The notes beneath the pieces are model-generated. The model was given only the letters and a program-made list of their open reading frames with translations. It did no database searches and was not told the DNA's origin. Positions 59,260-64,000 of a stretch of DNA of 64,000 nucleotides are shown piece by piece. The translations under genes and the position numbers were made by a program. Within the stretch, counting starts at the first letter, position 1. Each line of letters opens with the position of its first letter. Source of the DNA: Patescibacteria group bacterium (GTDB lineage Bacteria; Patescibacteriota; Patescibacteriia; JACRDY01); contig JBAZBH010000005.1 in assembly GCA_041671565.1 (NCBI GenBank), positions 3,083-67,082 of the forward strand. Reading direction: 5' to 3'.

Positions 59260-61377
59260 ATGTTAGATAAGCTATTTTCTCCTCGGTCGGTGGCCGTCAT
59301 CGGCGCCTCGCGCGATAAACAGAAGCTGGGCCATCAGGTGCTCGCTAATATCCTGAAATATGGCTATCGGGGCAAAGTTTATCCGGTTAATCCGGCGGCT
59401 GGCAAAATTTTGGGTTTGAAATGTTATCGCTCAGCCTTAGAAATCAAGGGCGCGGTTGATTTGGCGGTAGTGGCGGTGCCAGCCGCGGTGGTGCCACAAG
59501 TACTTGCCGAGTGCGGCCAGAAGAAAATTCCGTCTGCCATTGTGATTTCGGCCGGATTCAAAGAAATCGGCGGCGCCGGCGCGATTTTGGAAGCGGAGAT
59601 TAAAGCGATTGCCAAACAATATAGCATTAATCTTTTGGGGCCGAATTGCCTGGGGATTATGGATGTTGTTAGCCGCCTAAACGCTTCGTTTGCCGACGGT
59701 ATGATTAGTCCCGGCGGCGCGGCTTTCTTTTCCCAGTCCGGCGCGGTAGGCACAGCAATGTTGGACTGGTCCAAACAGAATAATTTTGGCTTTTCGCGGT
59801 TTATTAGCCTCGGCAATAAAGCCGATATTTCCGAAAATGAGATTTTGGAGTTTCTTGCTGAGGACAAAAATACCAAAGTGATCTTGGGTTATCTGGAAGG
59901 CTTTACCGACGGGCGGAAGTTTTTGGCAGTTTGCCAGAAAGCAACCGCTCTGAAGCCGGTGATTATTCTCAAAGCCGGCCGGACGGCAGCCGGGAAAAGG
60001 GCGATCACTTCCCATACCGGCGCGCTCGCCGGGCAGAATGAAGTGACCGCCGCCGCTCTCAAACAAGCCGGCGCGATTCAAGTTGATTCATTAAACGAGC
60101 TGTTTGACTACGCGCGGCTGTTCGCCAGTCAGCCCTTGATCCGGGGCAACCGGTTGGCAATTGTCGCTAATGCCGGCGGACCGAGCGTGATGGCAACTGA
60201 CGCGGTGGTAGAAAGCGGTTTGCAACTGGCTAAACTTTCTGACTCGACTCTAAAAAAATTAAAAGCGGGTTTACCGGCCACGGCCGCGATTCATAATCCC
60301 GTGGATTTAGTCGGTGACGCGCGGGCTGATCGGTTCGAGCTCGGCTTAAACGCGGTGCTGTCTGACAAAGCGGTTGACGCTGCGCTCGCGATTTTGACCC
60401 CGCAGACCATGACCGAGGTAACTAAAACCGCCGAGGTAATAGTTAGTTTGAGCCGGAAATATGGCAAAACCGTGGCGACGAGTTTTATCGGTGGGGCAAA
60501 AGTGGAACCGGGGATTAAAATTTTAACCACGGGCGGAGTGCCGAATTTTCTTTATCCGGAGGCGGGGGTGAGGGCGATGGGGGCAATGGCGGGGTATCAG
60601 AGAGCTAGAAAGTTAGAAAGCCAGAAAGTTAGGATGCGGGTGGTTGATTTAAAAACATGGAAAGTGGTGGGAGGGTTATTAAACGGGGGTGGGGAACAGG
60701 TGGGGTGGCAGACAGCTGAAGAAATACTGAAGATTTATAAAATCCCGATGGTTAAGTCGGCGGTGGCGGCGGATGCCGGGGTGGCGGTTAAACTGGCTGG
60801 CAAGTTTAAGTATCCGGTGGTGCTGAAAGTCGCGGCCAAGAAGCTCCTCCATAAAACCGACGCCGGCGGGGTGCTGGTTGGATTGAAAACCGCGGGCGAA
60901 GTTGAAACGGGCTTTAAAAAACTGAATAAAATCGCCAAAAAATTTGGCGGGGAAGTGTTAATCCAGCCGCAAATTCTGGGCGGGCGAGAGATAATTATGG
61001 GCGTCCGCCGCGACCCGCAGTTTGGGCCGGTGGTGATGTTTGGCCTAGGCGGGATTTACACGGAAATTTTGAAAGATGTGGTGTTCCGCGTGGCGCCGCT
61101 GGATCAGGCCGAGTCTTTAAAAATGATTCAGGAAATTAAGGCGTTCAAGCTGCTTAGCGGCGCGAGAGGGGAAAAAGGCGTTAAACTCGCGGCGCTCGCC
61201 GACATGCTCTGTAAACTTTCCGAGTTGGCAACGGACTTTCCGCAGATTGAGGAGGTGACGCTGAACCCGGTACTCGCTACAACTAAAGGTTGTTTGGCGG
61301 TAGATGTGAGAATAATTACGAATTACGAATTAAGAATTAAAGTCAAAAGGCAAAATTTAAAAGTTAAGGAGAATTAA
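59260..61377 (+). CDS. ADP-forming acetate/acyl-CoA ligase (fused alpha-beta)
   Basis: GPNCLG, SQSGA, SHTGALAG, HKTDAGGV ATP-grasp; ATG at 59260. Confidence 0.92.
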   Translation: MLDKLFSPRSVAVIGASRDKQKLGHQVLANILKYGYRGKVYPVNPAAGKILGLKCYRSALEIKGAVDLAVVAVPAAVVPQVLAECGQKKIPSAIVISAGFKEIGGAGAILEAEIKAIAKQYSINLLGPNCLGIMDVVSRLNASFADGMISPGGAAFFSQSGAVGTAMLDWSKQNNFGFSRFISLGNKADISENEILEFLAEDKNTKVILGYLEGFTDGRKFLAVCQKATALKPVIILKAGRTAAGKRAITSHTGALAGQNEVTAAALKQAGAIQVDSLNELFDYARLFASQPLIRGNRLAIVANAGGPSVMATDAVVESGLQLAKLSDSTLKKLKAGLPATAAIHNPVDLVGDARADRFELGLNAVLSDKAVDAALAILTPQTMTEVTKTAEVIVSLSRKYGKTVATSFIGGAKVEPGIKILTTGGVPNFLYPEAGVRAMGAMAGYQRARKLESQKVRMRVVDLKTWKVVGGLLNGGGEQVGWQTAEEILKIYKIPMVKSAVAADAGVAVKLAGKFKYPVVLKVAAKKLLHKTDAGGVLVGLKTAGEVETGFKKLNKIAKKFGGEVLIQPQILGGREIIMGVRRDPQFGPVVMFGLGGIYTEILKDVVFRVAPLDQAESLKMIQEIKAFKLLSGARGEKGVKLAALADMLCKLSELATDFPQIEEVTLNPVLATTKGCLAVDVRIITNYELRIKVKRQNLKVKEN

Positions 61378-61388
61378 AATAGCGGAGT

Positions 61389-61442
61389 AACGGGGCTTTC
61401 CTGTCCGCCGAAGCCCGGAGGGCGTAGGTGGATAGCCCCGTT
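61389..61442. repeat. Hairpin AACGGGGCT/AGCCCCGTT with a mini-palindrome at 61404-61432 in the loop
   Basis: TCCGCCGAAGCCCGGAGGGCGTAGGTGGA, same family as the 28415 and 57914 inserts (opposite strand). Confidence 0.75.
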
Positions 61443-61512
61443 GCGCTCGGATAAAAAAACACCCGCCGAGTGCGGCGGGGAGTTGGGGTGATGTGGATGA
61501 TGGAGATGGAGC

Positions 61513-62376
61513 TCAAAATGTCGGTTTTTTGGTGACGCGCTCGGTCAAGCTCCGACCAATGTAGCAGACGATAAAGAGCACGAAGGTCATCGCAAGGACT
61601 CCCAGAACGAGGTAAATTATCCTCTCGTCGGGAAAATCAGTGACATTTTGTTGTACGCCGTCTATTGCTATCAATGCCCAGCTCGGCGTGGCGGCGAGGA
61701 GGAGAAAGCCGATAAGGAGAAAAGCTTTCAAGGTTGATTTTTTGGGTCGAATAATCATCTGGCCAATGTAGCTGATTACAAAGACCACGAAGATTATCGC
61801 GATGATTGCCAGGACAAGGAAAGCAATCCCGTCGTCAAAGTCAGTGACGATACTGTCTCGGAGTGCCCAACCCGGTTTGGCGAGTAGGAGGAGAAAGCCG
61901 GCAAGAAGCAATTTCAAAGGCGAGTTGTTATTACGAGAATTGCGAATCGCCGAACGGACAATCCAGCCGGTGAATAGTATAATCATACTAATGCCGATAA
62001 CTCCGCAGACAATTCTTTCTCCTATAGTGGCAGACGAATCGATGTGTTGATCAAAGATAGAAGAGGGGTCATGCATCGCCCAGGCTGTCGTAGTGGCGAA
62101 GAGCCATAAGCCGACGGCGCAGATCAGGCTGGCGGCGATTAACGAGTGTTTAATTCCGCGCGCCAAGCATGCCAAGCAACACCTTGATAATTTAATCAAG
62201 AGGTCGATTGCCCATGGCGCCACTAACGCCAAGAGAAAGGTAGTCACAAATAACCCTCCAATCATTGCGTCTGACCCAGAACCTACTGATTTGGGCGCAA
62301 AGGTATCTGTCGCCCAACTTGGCGCCGCGGAAAGCGCGAGCAGGACGAGCATGAAGATTTTTAATGTGATTTTCAT
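61513..62376 (-). CDS. Membrane protein of four tandem signal-peptide + short peptide + TM modules
   Basis: AGGAG RBS; module signals end PSWA, TAWA, PGWA, PSWA. Confidence 0.75.
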   Translation of the reverse strand: MKITLKIFMLVLLALSAAPSWATDTFAPKSVGSGSDAMIGGLFVTTFLLALVAPWAIDLLIKLSRCCLACLARGIKHSLIAASLICAVGLWLFATTTAWAMHDPSSIFDQHIDSSATIGERIVCGVIGISMIILFTGWIVRSAIRNSRNNNSPLKLLLAGFLLLLAKPGWALRDSIVTDFDDGIAFLVLAIIAIIFVVFVISYIGQMIIRPKKSTLKAFLLIGFLLLAATPSWALIAIDGVQQNVTDFPDERIIYLVLGVLAMTFVLFIVCYIGRSLTERVTKKPTF

Positions 62377-62606
62377 GATGGACTCCTGGCGGTTGGCGGT
62401 TTGAGTGATTTTTCGTGCTTCCAAAGTTCTTTAGCGACAACGATCACCACGAAAGACATGGTGATGCCGAGCATTGTATTGATCGCCCAAGACGGCAGAG
62501 GCGTGTTGACGCCCCAAGTTCCGGTTGTCCAGAAGACGGCGACCGCGGTGCCGGCAACGCCGACCAAAGCGATGGTCAGTAAAACGAAGAAGGTTTTAAT
62601 ACTCAT
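62373..62606 (-). CDS. Small signal-peptide + TM protein (single module)
   Basis: GGAG RBS; AVA cleavage site; ATGA overlap with the downstream gene. Confidence 0.7.
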   Translation of the reverse strand: MSIKTFFVLLTIALVGVAGTAVAVFWTTGTWGVNTPLPSWAINTMLGITMSFVVIVVAKELWKHEKSLKPPTARSPS

Positions 62607-62629
62607 TTGCGTTTTTCTCCCTAAGTTTA

Positions 62630-62680
62630 GATTGTCAAAGTAGCTAATTTAAGCCTAATATAACTTTGGTTAAAAGTCAA
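62630..62680 (-). promoter_or_regulatory. Promoter plus boxA-like motif
   Basis: TTGACT-17-TAGGCT then GCTACTTTGACAAT. Confidence 0.55.
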
Positions 62681-62685
62681 CCAAA

Positions 62686-62760
62686 TCGGTAACCGGTAAC
62701 TGGTAATCAGTAATCGGGGCCCAAGATGCGTTCTGGTTGCTGATTATCAATTATTAATTT
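62686..62760. repeat. GGTAACn heptamer run with a degenerate opposite arm
   Basis: CGGTAACCGGTAACTGGTAATCAGTAATC ... GGTTGCTGATTATCAATTATT. Confidence 0.7.
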
Positions 62761-62782
62761 CCGAATTAAATCCGAATTAAAT

Positions 62783-63040
62783 ATGATAACTAAGTGCCAA
62801 TTTTGCCAAAAGGAGTTTAAAATTATTACTCAGGAAGAGGCGTTTTATAGTAAGGCCGGTTTGCCTTTGCCGACGGCTTGCCCGGACTGCCGGCGGGAGC
62901 GGCGGCTGAAATTCAAGAATCCCCGCCAGCTGAATAAGCGGGCTTGCGCCAAGTGCGGCGCGGAAGTGATTACCACTTATCCGGCGGATTTTTTGCCTCC
63001 GGTTTATTGTTCCAAGTGCTTTGAAGAAAATTTCAACTAA
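62783..63040 (+). CDS. Double zinc-ribbon protein
   Basis: CQFC, CPDCR, CAKC, VYCSKC. Confidence 0.85.
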   Translation: MITKCQFCQKEFKIITQEEAFYSKAGLPLPTACPDCRRERRLKFKNPRQLNKRACAKCGAEVITTYPADFLPPVYCSKCFEENFN

Positions 63041-63207
63041 TGCCAATTATGCTAATTATTTGCTAGTATTTACTGATAATTCACGGAATTAGATTTATTC
63101 ATCTAACTGGAAGCGATGCGAATGCTACGAATTACCCCAGCATACGCGGGGCAGGCATGCGAATCTACGAATAATAAGGGATTTAATTAGCACAATTGGT
63201 AACTAAT

Positions 63208-64000
63208 ATGTCCGACTATCTTAAAACCTTTCGGGATTTGTATTATTCCCAGCCGTTTAAAGATGTCCAGAGCTATAATACGGATAATTGCCCTTACGGC
63301 GACTTTATTTTTAATTCCAAAGATTGCTATTTGTCGTTTGAGCTGGGCGGCTCGCAGAATTGCCTAATGATGGACAACTGCATGAAATGCCAGGACTGCG
63401 CCGATTGCTCTTACACCAAGTATTGCCAGCTTTGTTCCAATTCTTTGCACCTGGAGCATTGTTATGACTGCCATTTTTGCCATTACGCCAATAATTGTTT
63501 AAACTGTCTGTATTCGGCCGAGTTGTTTAACTGCCATGATTGCTTGGGCTGTTACGGGCTGAAGCATCAGCAGTATCGGATTTTTAACCAGCCGTTTGCC
63601 AAAGACGATTATGAAGCTAAATATCGTGAGCTTTTAGTCGAGCCGGAAAAAATTCAGGCAGAACTGCAGGCTTTGAAAAACCGCCTCGGTTATCGCGCCA
63701 ATTATCTCCGCAACAGCGACAATTGCGCTGGCGATTATCTGGTTGACTGCCATAATTGCTACGAGTGCTATGATGTGAACAACGGCCAGGATTCGGCTTA
63801 TTTGCAGGATTGCTTTTACGCCTCGCACAAGGAGGACTGCTTTGACATCGAAAACGGCGGCGGCTTGGAGCTTTGTTCCAATAGTTACAGTTTGGGTTAC
63901 GGCTATAACTCGCATTTTTGCCTGTTTTCCACCACCATGAACAATTGTCAGTATTGCGCCCGTTGCCGCAATTGCACTGATTGCTTTGCCTCGGTGTATC
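63208..64000 (+). CDS. Cys-rich repeat protein (3' truncated; absent from the ORF track)
   Basis: Manual translation MSDYLKTFRDLYYSQP...CHDCLGCYGLKHQQYRIFNQPF..., open to the window end. Confidence 0.85.
   Translation, partial: MSDYLKTFRDLYYSQPFKDVQSYNTDNCPYGDFIFNSKDCYLSFELGGSQNCLMMDNCMKCQDCADCSYTKYCQLCSNSLHLEHCYDCHFCHYANNCLNCLYSAELFNCHDCLGCYGLKHQQYRIFNQPFAKDDYEAKYRELLVEPEKIQAELQALKNRLGYRANYLRNSDNCAGDYLVDCHNCYECYDVNNGQDSAYLQDCFYASHKEDCFDIENGGGLELCSNSYSLGYGYNSHFCLFSTTMNNCQYCARCRNCTDCFASVY

Noticed and set aside
62760-62781. 11-bp tandem duplication TCCGAATTAAA before a start codon
   Set aside because: A single local duplication, explained by slippage.

Overview
64 kb of a low-GC bacterial chromosome, code 11. 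It looks like Patescibacteria/CPR (inference: core genes lack Shine-Dalgarno sites, and DUF3467, DUF3048 and a giant Cys-rich family are present). Housekeeping content: an Isc/Nif-type Fe-S operon, mraY-murD-ftsW-murG, ftsB-like/prsA-like/ftsEX/rodA, gyrB, rplY, rpmE-prfA-prmC, a MacAB-type exporter, CIRCE-hrcA-grpE-dnaK...dnaJ, dnaX, corA, a PfkB kinase, an ADP-forming acyl-CoA ligase and 5 tRNAs. Accessory content: a defence island inside the dcw cluster (Type IIG/ISP-like RM, Panacea/RelE-like TA, LexA-like + MazF), an APH/NDT/radical-SAM block, secreted Cys-rich paralogues, and a membrane protein made of four signal-peptide/TM modules. The strongest unexplained signal is non-coding and layered. 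(1) About 25 intercistronic elements are built from 7/8-nt tandem repeats, mostly in inverted arms, often nested, and often fill the stop-to-start gap almost exactly. (2) 16-36 nt GC-rich mini-palindromes are inserted into them, into a promoter, into a tRNA fragment and in frame into murG and dnaX; the uninserted state survives in the opposite arm or a sibling copy. (3) Three 157-178 bp MITE-like hairpins. No mobilising enzyme is encoded in this window. All calls were made by eye without database searches; repeat boundaries are approximate to a few nt.
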